Origin: Elusimicrobiota bacterium
GTDB taxonomy: Bacteria; Elusimicrobiota; Elusimicrobia; UBA1565
NCBI GenBank assembly: GCA_043819795.1
Contig: JBDREN010000154.1
Location: 1 to 20,004 of the forward strand
DNA length: 20,004 nt
Direction: 5' to 3'
The notes beneath the pieces are model-generated. The model was not told the origin of the DNA. It was given only the letters and a program-made list of their open reading frames with translations, and did no database searches. Below are positions 8,371 through 15,893 of the stretch, in pieces; the stretch's first letter is position 1; every line of letters begins with the position of its first letter. Both the position numbers and the translations under genes were made by a program.

Positions 8371-8792
8371 TGCCTTTCGACGACACAATGTTCCTCAAGA
8401 TGAGCGTGGATATCATGTCCTTCTTCGACCCGGACCAGCTCCGGAAGGTGACCCCCGACATCGAGCACAACGAGTACACGAAGGGGCAGCCCGTGCTCTT
8501 CAAGGGGCAGATCACCGACGGCTTCTATATCATCAAGAAGGGCAAGGCCACGGTGTTCTCGAAGGCCAAGGGCGGCGAGGAGACGATCGCCGAGCTGGCG
8601 GCGGGGGATTTCTTCGGCGAGATGTCGGTCCTCGACGATATCGCCTCCACCGCGTCGGTCCGGGCGGCCGAGGACGGGACCGAGATCCTCACCATCCCGT
8701 CCGAGTCCTTCGAGAAGCTCCTGCAGATGCAGCCGCTCCTAAAGAAGGGCTTGCTCGACAAGATCGCCGAGCGCCAGAAGAAGAAGGCGTGA
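8370..8792 (+). CDS. Stand-alone cyclic-nucleotide-binding-fold protein (140 aa)
   Basis: YTKGQPVLFKG, FYIIKKGKATV, ELAAGDFFGEMSVL, ASVRA. The ATG overlaps the aminotransferase stop (TGATG at 8368-8372). Confidence 0.85.
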   Translation: MPFDDTMFLKMSVDIMSFFDPDQLRKVTPDIEHNEYTKGQPVLFKGQITDGFYIIKKGKATVFSKAKGGEETIAELAAGDFFGEMSVLDDIASTASVRAAEDGTEILTIPSESFEKLLQMQPLLKKGLLDKIAERQKKKA

Positions 8793-8807
8793 CGCCGCCG
8801 CTTCCCG

Positions 8808-8849
8808 GGGCCCCGAAGCCATGACCGGCTTCTGGGCCCTTTTCTTTTT
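8808..8849 (+). terminator. Rho-independent terminator ending the four-gene operon
   Basis: Stem gggccc-c-gaagcc / ggcttc-t-gggccc followed by TTTTCTTTTT. Confidence 0.85.
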
Positions 8850-8909
8850 GAGCTGGGTCCCTCCGCTGGCGCTGGTGTTCTGGTTCTACCATAGGACCGG
8901 GAGGCCGCG

Positions 8910-10466
8910 TTGAGCGTCGATCCGGTGAAGCTCTCGGCGGTCTGCGCCTACTTCCTCGGCCTGATCGTCATCGCCTACTTCGCGTCCCGCCGGATATCCG
9001 ACATCGCCGACTACTTCGTGGCCGGCAAGAAGCTCGACTACTGGGTCGTGGCCGTCTCCTCGCGGGCGACCGGCGAGAGCGGCTGGCTGCTCCTGGGGCT
9101 CACGGGCATGGGTTTCGCGGTGGGGGCGCACGCCTTCTGGGTGCTCATGGGCGAGATGCTCGGGGTCTGCCTGTGCTGGGTCTACCTCACCCAGCGCTTC
9201 AAGGCCTTCACCGACCGCTACCGCTCCATTACGATTCCCGACTACCTCGAGAGCCGGCTGGGCGATACCAGCCACCTGATCCGCGTGTTCTCGGCCGTGG
9301 TCCTGGTCGTCTTCGTCACGGCCTACCTATCGGCCCAGCTGACGGCCACGGGAAAGGCGTTCGACATGTTCCTGGGCGTGCCCTACAAGTGGGGCGTGGC
9401 CCTTGGAATGATCATCATCCTGGCCTACACGGTGGCCGGCGGGTTCGTGGCGGTGGCCTGGAGCGATTGCCTGCAGGGCGTGCTCATGGTGGCGGGGCTC
9501 ACCTTCCTTCCGCTCATGGCCCTGGCCAAGGTGGGGGGCTTGGGCGAGCTCTTCGAGGGCTTGAGGGCCCTGGATCCCGCGCTTCTCGCGCCCATGGGGA
9601 CCCACGGGCACAGCCTCAAGGGCTGGCTCTCGGCGATCGGGCTTGTGGCCATCGGCATCGGGTACTTGGGCTCGCCGCAGATATCCGTCCGGTTCATCGC
9701 GATGCGCGACGGCCGCGAGTTCCGCGAGGGGGCGCTCATCGCGGCGCTCTTCACCGTCTTCGCGGACATCGGCGCCATCCTGACCGGCATGTGCGGCCGG
9801 GTCCTGCTCAAGACCCTGGCCGACCAGGAGGCGGTCCTGCCGACCTTGGTCGGAGACATGCTGCCGGCTTTCCTCGTGGGCGTATTCATCGCCGTGGTCC
9901 TGGCCGCCATCATGTCCACGGCGGACTCGCTCTTGATCCTGGCCTCCTCCGCCGTGGTGCGGGACCTATACCAGAAGGTATTCCATCCCGAGGCCTCGGA
10001 CAAGAGCCTCACGGGCTTGAGCCGCGTCATGACGGTCATTCTTTGCGTCGGGGCTTTGGCCTTCGCGCTGACCGAGACGCGGCTGGTGTTCTGGTTCGTG
10101 CTCTTCGGCTGGGCCGGGATCAGCGCGGTGTTCTGTCCGGTGATCGTGCTATCGCTGTTCTGGAAGGGCCTCACCCGCGCGGGCGCCTTGGCGGGCATGG
10201 CCACGGGCTTCGCGGTCACGATCCTGTGGAACACCGTGCCGATCGGGTGGTATGAGGCGGTGGTCCCAGGGCTCGCCGGCTGGCTCGGCGCCCACGGGTT
10301 CGCGGACATCAAGACCTTAAGCGGCTTGCTCTACGAGATACTGCCCGCCACCTTGGCCGCCACGGCCGTCACGATCCTGGTGAGCCGCTTCACCAAGCCG
10401 CCCGAGCAGGCCTCTAAAGACATCGAGGCCGTCAAAGGCCAAGTCGCCGAGATCTGGCCGCTGTAG
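8910..10466 (+). CDS. putP: Sodium:solute symporter (SSS family), PutP-like
   Basis: DYFVAGKKL, SSRATGESGWLLLGLTG, ITIPDYLESR, YTVAGGFVAVAWSD, GYLGSPQISVRFIA, LAAIMSTADS, LYEILPA; about 13 TM helices. TTG start after GGAGG; TACCAT at 8887-8892. Substrate not established. Confidence 0.88.
   Translation: MSVDPVKLSAVCAYFLGLIVIAYFASRRISDIADYFVAGKKLDYWVVAVSSRATGESGWLLLGLTGMGFAVGAHAFWVLMGEMLGVCLCWVYLTQRFKAFTDRYRSITIPDYLESRLGDTSHLIRVFSAVVLVVFVTAYLSAQLTATGKAFDMFLGVPYKWGVALGMIIILAYTVAGGFVAVAWSDCLQGVLMVAGLTFLPLMALAKVGGLGELFEGLRALDPALLAPMGTHGHSLKGWLSAIGLVAIGIGYLGSPQISVRFIAMRDGREFREGALIAALFTVFADIGAILTGMCGRVLLKTLADQEAVLPTLVGDMLPAFLVGVFIAVVLAAIMSTADSLLILASSAVVRDLYQKVFHPEASDKSLTGLSRVMTVILCVGALAFALTETRLVFWFVLFGWAGISAVFCPVIVLSLFWKGLTRAGALAGMATGFAVTILWNTVPIGWYEAVVPGLAGWLGAHGFADIKTLSGLLYEILPATLAATAVTILVSRFTKPPEQASKDIEAVKGQVAEIWPL
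10297..10466 (+). repeat. Direct repeat copy 1 (3' end of the symporter CDS)
   Basis: Aligns without gaps to 11443-11612; 22 mismatches in 170 nt by manual count. Confidence 0.95.
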
Positions 10467-10493
10467 CCGTTCCGGGCGGGGGGCTGGAATGCC

Positions 10494-11225
10494 TCACTCG
10501 TCCTCGCTCTCCGTATCCCGCGGATAGGCGTCTCCTGCATCGCCCTCCTCAAGGACCGGAAGCTCCTCGGGGGACTCGCCCTCCTCTCCTCCCACGTATT
10601 CGCCCTGCGTTTCGTCGGCCTCCGCCTCCCCGGCCTCTGTCGGTTCGGGCTCCGTTTCCTCGAATTCCGTCTCCGAGCTCTCCGGATACTCGTCGGTCAC
10701 GGCCTCCTGCTTCTGCTCCGCCGCTTCGTCGGATTCCGATCCAACGAGCGCCGGGTCCTCATCCATCTCCTCGCGCATCGGCGGAGCGTGCCGACGCGTG
10801 CGCTTCTTCGCCTGCCTCTTGGTGGGATAGACGTTGACGTGGATGCTTTGTGCGAAACCTCCGCGCAGCACGAAATGGATGTGATCGCCGGGCTTGATGT
10901 CGGAGAGCTCTGTGGGCTCGAAGAAGCCTCCCTTGGTGATCTTGGTTTCCTGGCCGGCGACGAAAGCGCTCTTCTTCCGCGTGCTCTTATCGAGCACCGT
11001 GATCTGCCCGCTCTCGTGCTCGATGGAAAGAACCTTGCCGAACTTCCTGCGATTGTCCTTCCTCGCGGGGACGACCTTCCCCGGCGTTTCGTCGATCCCG
11101 CGCCTGCCGGCGGACACTCCCGCCGGCCGGCGATCGGCGACACCCGCCTCGTCGCCGACCTCGTGCCCTCTTTCCGCGCCGGCGACCGAACCCGCCAGCA
11201 TCATCACAGCGATGAGTTTGACCAT
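10494..11225 (-). CDS. Secreted hypothetical protein (243 aa): signal peptide, small OB-fold-like beta domain, long Glu/Asp-rich tail
   Basis: GGAGG precedes ATG 11225; signal-like MVKLIAVMMLAGSVAGA. GKVLSIE...ITV...ETKITKG...LSDIKPGDHIHF resembles DUF5666-type OB folds. The C-terminal ~90 aa are highly acidic. Confidence 0.75.
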   Translation of the reverse strand: MVKLIAVMMLAGSVAGAERGHEVGDEAGVADRRPAGVSAGRRGIDETPGKVVPARKDNRRKFGKVLSIEHESGQITVLDKSTRKKSAFVAGQETKITKGGFFEPTELSDIKPGDHIHFVLRGGFAQSIHVNVYPTKRQAKKRTRRHAPPMREEMDEDPALVGSESDEAAEQKQEAVTDEYPESSETEFEETEPEPTEAGEAEADETQGEYVGGEEGESPEELPVLEEGDAGDAYPRDTESEDE

Positions 11226-11286
11226 GCTCTTCCTCCAGGACCCCTCAAGAGTCAGTTCCAGGCTTCGGTCACGGCATCCTCCTAAA

Positions 11287-11378
11287 TGTAGTGCGTCATA
11301 CGTCCCTTTACTTATTCTCTCGACGGAGGGTGCATTGATCCGTCGCGTCAAACGTCAAGAAGCGTTGGACGCACTACA
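11287..11378. repeat. Nested inverted repeats (11-bp perfect outer arms, 7-bp inner hairpin)
   Basis: tgtagtgcgtc (11287-11297) / gacgcactaca (11368-11378); inner cgacgga (11321-11327) / tccgtcg (11339-11345). Confidence 0.75.
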
Positions 11379-11442
11379 CTAAGATGGACTACGCATCCGT
11401 CCGGGATAAGTTCCCGGAGCCGCCCGCCCATCGCCGCCCGCA

Positions 11443-11612
11443 GGTTCGCGGACATCAAGACGTTGAGCGGCGTGCTCTACGAAATCCTGCCCGCCTCGCT
11501 CGCGGCCAAGGCCGTCACGATTCTGGTCAGCCGCTTCACCAAGCCGCCCGAGCAAGCCGCTCAAGACATCGACGCCGTCAAGGGCCAGGTCGTCGAGATC
11601 TGGCCTCGGTAG
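11443..11612 (+). pseudogene. Direct repeat copy 2: orphan 3' fragment of a PutP-like gene
   Basis: Translates to FADIKTLSGVLYEILPASLAAKAVTILVSRFTKPPEQAAQDIDAVKGQVVEIWPR*, versus FADIKTLSGLLYEILPATLAATAVTILVSRFTKPPEQASKDIEAVKGQVAEIWPL* in the gene. No in-frame start codon in the preceding ~65 nt. Confidence 0.92.
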
Positions 11613-11647
11613 AAAGTTCAATAACGCAACAAGGCAACGCCTGACCC

Positions 11648-12943
11648 CTACTCGTAGCGGAGGGCTTGGACTGGGTCGAGTCTGGACGCCTGGTAGGCCG
11701 GGAAGGCGGAGAAGATGAGGCCCGCTCCCGCCGCGATGCCGAGCGTGGCGAGGAAATGCCACCACTCAAGGGCCGCGATGATTTCGGTCCCCTCCTGGGG
11801 ATCCAAGTAGTTGATGCCCGTCAGCCCCAGGCCGATGCCGGCCACTCCGCCCAAGGCGCCCAAGAGGATCGCTTCGGTGACGAACTGCAGCAGGATGTCC
11901 GAGCGCGTGGCCCCGATCGCTCTTCTGACCCCGATCTCGCGGATGCGCGAGTAGATCGTGGCCATCGTGACGTTCATGATGCCGATGCCGCCGGCCAGGA
12001 TGGCCACCAGGCCGATCGCCAGCACCGCGATCGCGTACTGCCGCGTCCGGTTCAGGATCCCCTGGATGGTCTCGCGGAAGTCCTTGATCTCGTAGTCCGT
12101 CTCGCCGCGGTGGCGGGCCTTGAGCAACTTCTCGATGAGGCGCTTGGTCAAGGGCACGGTCCTCTCGTCGCCCGTGTCCACCTGGATCTCATCGACCGAG
12201 TCCCAGGCGTTCCCCTCCCGCCAGCCGCCGCGCGACACCAGGAACCGTTGATAGGTCGTCAGCGGAACGTAGACCGTGCCCTCACCGCCGTAGCCGCCCT
12301 GGAACCAGCGGGGGTCCTTGTCCCGAGGCGGATTGTGCAGCATTCCGACGACCTCGAAGAGGTGGTCGCCGAGCCGCACGGTCTTGCCGACCAGGTCGTT
12401 GTGCTTGACGAACTTGTGGAACTTGCTTTCGGGGAAGAAGTGCGCCCAGAAGGGCTTCTCGTGCCAACCGCCGGGCACGTCGATGACGCACACGCGCGCG
12501 TAGGTGCGGACGTCATGCCGGTCGAGAAAGCGGCCCCGGACCCGGTACACCCAGTCCCGCTTGCGCCAGTGGGAGGTGACGCCCCAGGCCAGCATGCTCT
12601 TCTCGTGGAAGTCCTCGTAGAGGAACCGTGTCCCCCATTGCCGCGCGACCGGAGAGACCATATGAAGCCCCGGGACGCCGGAGCGGATGGCGTCCGCGTC
12701 GCTCGCGGTCAGGCCGCGGGAGAGGCCCTGGGATTCGTAGCCGCGCTTCGCCTTGATCTCCATGCGCCCCGAGCCGACCAGATCGAACGCTTCCTTCCGG
12801 CGCTCGACCATGCGGTTGACCTGGGCGAAGGTGTAGAGGATGGCGGCAACGCCGAAGGCGATGGCGAGGAAGCTCAGGAAGGACCGCATCTTGTGCGAGC
12901 ATATCTCGACGCAGCCCGTGCGCAGCGCCTCGAGGAGGTTCAC
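11648..12943 (-). CDS. MacB/FtsX-family ABC transporter permease (no fused ATPase)
   Basis: HKMRSFLSFLAIAFGVAA, GRFLD, AGGIGIMNVTMATIYSRIREIGVRRAIGA, QFVTEA, PAYQASRLDPVQALRYE. The GTG start overlaps the upstream TGA (GTGA). Confidence 0.92.
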   Translation of the reverse strand: MNLLEALRTGCVEICSHKMRSFLSFLAIAFGVAAILYTFAQVNRMVERRKEAFDLVGSGRMEIKAKRGYESQGLSRGLTASDADAIRSGVPGLHMVSPVARQWGTRFLYEDFHEKSMLAWGVTSHWRKRDWVYRVRGRFLDRHDVRTYARVCVIDVPGGWHEKPFWAHFFPESKFHKFVKHNDLVGKTVRLGDHLFEVVGMLHNPPRDKDPRWFQGGYGGEGTVYVPLTTYQRFLVSRGGWREGNAWDSVDEIQVDTGDERTVPLTKRLIEKLLKARHRGETDYEIKDFRETIQGILNRTRQYAIAVLAIGLVAILAGGIGIMNVTMATIYSRIREIGVRRAIGATRSDILLQFVTEAILLGALGGVAGIGLGLTGINYLDPQEGTEIIAALEWWHFLATLGIAAGAGLIFSAFPAYQASRLDPVQALRYE

Positions 12944-13992
12944 GCCCGCGCGGCCCGGCGGGCCGGCCGCGGCCTGGCGTCCGCGGACTTCGGCCCCTTC
13001 TTCGCCGGTTCCTCCTCCGGCTTGGGCTCCGGGAGGGGCTCGAAGTCCTCGGGCTTCTCCGTGTGGACCTTGTCGCCTTCCTTGAGTCCTTCGATGATCT
13101 CCGCGTCGAGCGCGGTCTTGAGCCCCGTCTTCACTTCGACTTGACGGGGCTTGCCCGCCGGCACGTCCAGGTAGACGAACGTGCGACCCCCTTCCTCGAA
13201 TAGCCCGGCGCGCGAGAGCTTCAGGACGCCAGTCTTCTTCTGAAGGAGGGCGTCGACGCGGGCCGTGATGCCCGGCCTGAGCCGCGGGTCCTTGCCTTTG
13301 AGCTCGACCTCGACCCGGAAGACCTTGAGCCCGGCGCTGTCGCGTTCGGCCTTCGGGGAGATCATGGTGATCTCCGCGGGGAAGTCCGTTTCGGGCAGGG
13401 CGTCTATGCTGACCTGGACCGGCATCTTCTCCCGGAGCTTGAAGATGTCCATCTCGCTGATCTTCAGTCTCATCACGAGGCGTCTTAGGTCGGCGACCGT
13501 CATGAGGTAGGTGGGGTTTCGCGATTCAAAGAGGCCGGTGACGTAGTCTCCGGCCTTGACGAAGTGAGCATCCGATTCGTTCGCGCTCGTGTTGGGGATG
13601 TAGCGCGTCAGCACGCCCGAGAGGGGGGATTTTACCGTGGAGGGGCGGAAGCGTTCGGCCTCGGTCTTTCCAGGCTGGACCACGGCCAGCTTCTGGCCGG
13701 CCTCGACACTGTCGCCCTCGTCCACGAAGAGCTCGCTGATGCGCCCCGAGACCTTGGATGCGATGTCGACCGAGTCCTTGGCGTCGATCTCGCCGATCTC
13801 GCGGAAGCGGACCTCCAGGTCCCCCAGGGACACGGCGGCCAGGGAGGCTTCCGGGCCGGGCGGCTTCTCCCGCTTCTTCTTCCGGTGGTATAGGAATCCG
13901 GCGGCCGCGACCGCGACGACGACCCCGAGCGCGAGCGCGGCCTTCCATAGACGTTTCCGGGGGCGGGGAGAGTCCAATAGGTTAAGGGGCAT
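12940..13992 (-). CDS. Periplasmic adaptor / membrane fusion protein (MacA/HlyD-like)
   Basis: N-terminal TM anchor; IASKVSGRISELFVDEGDSVEAGQKL, VKSPLSG, ISEMDI, LRPGITA, VKTGL, IIEGLKEGDKV. GGAGG precedes ATG 13992. Confidence 0.9.
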   Translation of the reverse strand: MPLNLLDSPRPRKRLWKAALALGVVVAVAAAGFLYHRKKKREKPPGPEASLAAVSLGDLEVRFREIGEIDAKDSVDIASKVSGRISELFVDEGDSVEAGQKLAVVQPGKTEAERFRPSTVKSPLSGVLTRYIPNTSANESDAHFVKAGDYVTGLFESRNPTYLMTVADLRRLVMRLKISEMDIFKLREKMPVQVSIDALPETDFPAEITMISPKAERDSAGLKVFRVEVELKGKDPRLRPGITARVDALLQKKTGVLKLSRAGLFEEGGRTFVYLDVPAGKPRQVEVKTGLKTALDAEIIEGLKEGDKVHTEKPEDFEPLPEPKPEEEPAKKGPKSADARPRPARRAARA

Positions 13993-14061
13993 GGAAGATC
14001 CTCCGCCGTCCGGTTGCGCCCGGCGCGATCGGTCAGTCGCCGAGACAGACAAATCCATCCG

Positions 14062-14083
14062 CGGACATCCCGCGGGATGTCCG
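14062..14083. repeat. Perfect 22-bp palindrome upstream of the adaptor gene
   Basis: cggacatcccgcgggatgtccg is its own reverse complement. Confidence 0.8.
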
Positions 14084-14256
14084 TCCCAGGAGTCGGGTAT
14101 CGCGTCCCTTCCTGACTTCAGTTTGGGGCCGGAAAAGCCTGGGGGCCAGTGGCTTAGGGAGAATCGCGATCTGGGCCGAAGGGCCCACATCCGGTGATCG
14201 CGTTCTCGCGGTGGCGACAAAGCAACGCCTGAGTGACCTTGAGTACTGCCAGCCCT

Positions 14257-15582
14257 TTACGAGTTCGCTGGAGGAGTGGCTTGCCGGGTCGGTGCATTCG
14301 TGAGCCGGGAAAGCCAGGTGATGTCCGTCCGACCCCAAACGGTCCAGACCACCCTGCTGGACTCGTCATAGCCCGGCCAGGGGACGTCCGAGTAGCGGAC
14401 CATTCCGCCTCTGGCGGTGCGTTCGAGCTCAGCGAGACTGAGCGGCCGGCCGCGGACGTCCCAGAACAGAGGAGCGCTCCAAAGCGCGTCCAACGCGGCC
14501 TTAAGCGACGCCTCGCCCCGGCCCTTCCGTCGTGAGACAAGACCCCGAAGCGCGAAGCAGGCCGAGCGCAGCCACAGAGTCCGGCGCGAGTCCGTCATCG
14601 CCTGCAGCAGCGAGCCCCCCGTCCACCCGGATGCCTCGTCCCGTACCGGATAGCTGTCGCGTCCCGCGTCGCGGGATTCTTTGCGCTCGAGGAGCAGTCT
14701 TCCGATGGTGTTCTCGCGGCCTTTCTGCTCGCGGATCATCGCGAGGAGGAACCGCCGGATGTGCGGTTCGAGGCGGGCCAGGACCGAGGAGAACCTCTCG
14801 TTCTTGACGATGCCGGTCATGGACGCGTTCAGCGGCCAGTCCGGGGCGTCCACCACGGCGTTGAGTTTGAGCGGGAGCAAAGTGGTGTGGAGCCGTCCCG
14901 CCTCGACGCCGTGGAGATATGCCTTCAGACGGCTGTGGCCGCCTTGAGGGTTCTCCGGCAGCTCGAGGCTCCCGCGGACAGACTCGCCTCGGAAAGGGAA
15001 TCCCCGAAGACGCCGCCACGCGGGGGAGAACCAGGACCTGCCGTTGACCCTGATCGACGCCGGGCACGTTGCGCAGAGCTTGTCGAAGCCGCGCGGCTCC
15101 GGGCGGAATCGCCGGCTTCGGAGGTTCCTCCAGAAACCCCACTCAGCCCGGAGGACCGTCCGGCTTTCGGAGGAGCCGGAGACAGGGGAGACCTCTTGTT
15201 TGTCGATGGACGCGAGCAGCAGAGCGTATCTTTTTGACGGGGGACCCGAGACCAGCGCGACCCATTTCGGCTGAGAGCGCAGCAGGCGCAGCATGGCCAC
15301 GGCCGCGTACCTGCGTCTGGGCGCGGAGTCGGGCTCGAAGAGGGCGGAGAACGGGTGGCGCAGGTCGCTCCTGCCGAAGGGGCGGCCGTCGAACCGGGCC
15401 TCGAGCAATCCGCTGAGTATCCTTATGTCGACGAGCTTGGCGCCGCTGGCCACCCCGCAACGTACGAGCATCATGGTCGCGGACGCCGCGTCGGGAAGCT
15501 GGTAGAGCTTGAGCTTCTCGAGCATCCTCCGCGGGTCCACTCGGAAGGATCCGGTCTCTACGAGAACGTCCGTCTTGGTCAT
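14257..15582 (-). CDS. Hypothetical protein (441 aa) with a degenerate GHKL/Hsp90-like N-terminal region
   Basis: GSFRVDPRRMLEKLKLYQLPD...LVRCGVASGAKLVDI...FDGRPF follows the layout of Hsp90-like N-termini. TGTACAAT lies just upstream of ATG 15582. Confidence 0.65.
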   Translation of the reverse strand: MTKTDVLVETGSFRVDPRRMLEKLKLYQLPDAASATMMLVRCGVASGAKLVDIRILSGLLEARFDGRPFGRSDLRHPFSALFEPDSAPRRRYAAVAMLRLLRSQPKWVALVSGPPSKRYALLLASIDKQEVSPVSGSSESRTVLRAEWGFWRNLRSRRFRPEPRGFDKLCATCPASIRVNGRSWFSPAWRRLRGFPFRGESVRGSLELPENPQGGHSRLKAYLHGVEAGRLHTTLLPLKLNAVVDAPDWPLNASMTGIVKNERFSSVLARLEPHIRRFLLAMIREQKGRENTIGRLLLERKESRDAGRDSYPVRDEASGWTGGSLLQAMTDSRRTLWLRSACFALRGLVSRRKGRGEASLKAALDALWSAPLFWDVRGRPLSLAELERTARGGMVRYSDVPWPGYDESSRVVWTVWGRTDITWLSRLTNAPTRQATPPANS

Positions 15583-15893
15583 GGAGTCTCTATTGTACAC
15601 TAAGGCGTCACCCATTAACTTGTCAGCTCATCGCGGCCGGGCGTCGCCCGCGGTCCGGTCCGAGACGCCGTTAGAATAGAGGGAGTAGGAGATGTTCTTG
15701 CTCCCCCGGGACAGGCCGACCGGGACGCCGTTCCAGTCGATCCGTGCCGGTTGACGGTCCGCACGGCGTTGGCCGGGGCCGCAAGGGCCTTCTCCCACCT
15801 CGAAGTCTTTGGGAGCGGGAAGCCGCCCATGCGGAACGCGCCCCGAACGTCGATCTTTTCCGCGGGCACGGCCGTCTCTTGAAGAGGCGCGGG

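Noticed and set aside
5184..8388. Long antisense ORFs (622 aa, 497 aa and others throughout the window)
   Set aside because: Shadow frames expected from high-GC codon bias opposite well-supported genes.
10297..11612. Diversity-generating retroelement template/variable repeat pair
   Set aside because: Mismatches are not confined to adenines of either copy, they are biased to third codon positions, and no reverse transcriptase is present in the window.
10297..11612. Using codon bias to decide which repeat copy is native
   Set aside because: Both copies have six A/T-ending sense codons by my count, so the test is uninformative.
11384..11644. 86-aa plus-strand ORF after TACACT
   Set aside because: It is an off-frame reading of the duplicated symporter fragment with Arg-rich, shadow-like composition.
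15615..15869. Possible frameshifted gene fragment (...FPLPKTSRWEKALAAP... / ...RIDWNGVPVGLSRGSKNISYSLYSNG...)
   Set aside because: Partly protein-like, but there is no recognisable family or clear RBS; it needs a translated search.
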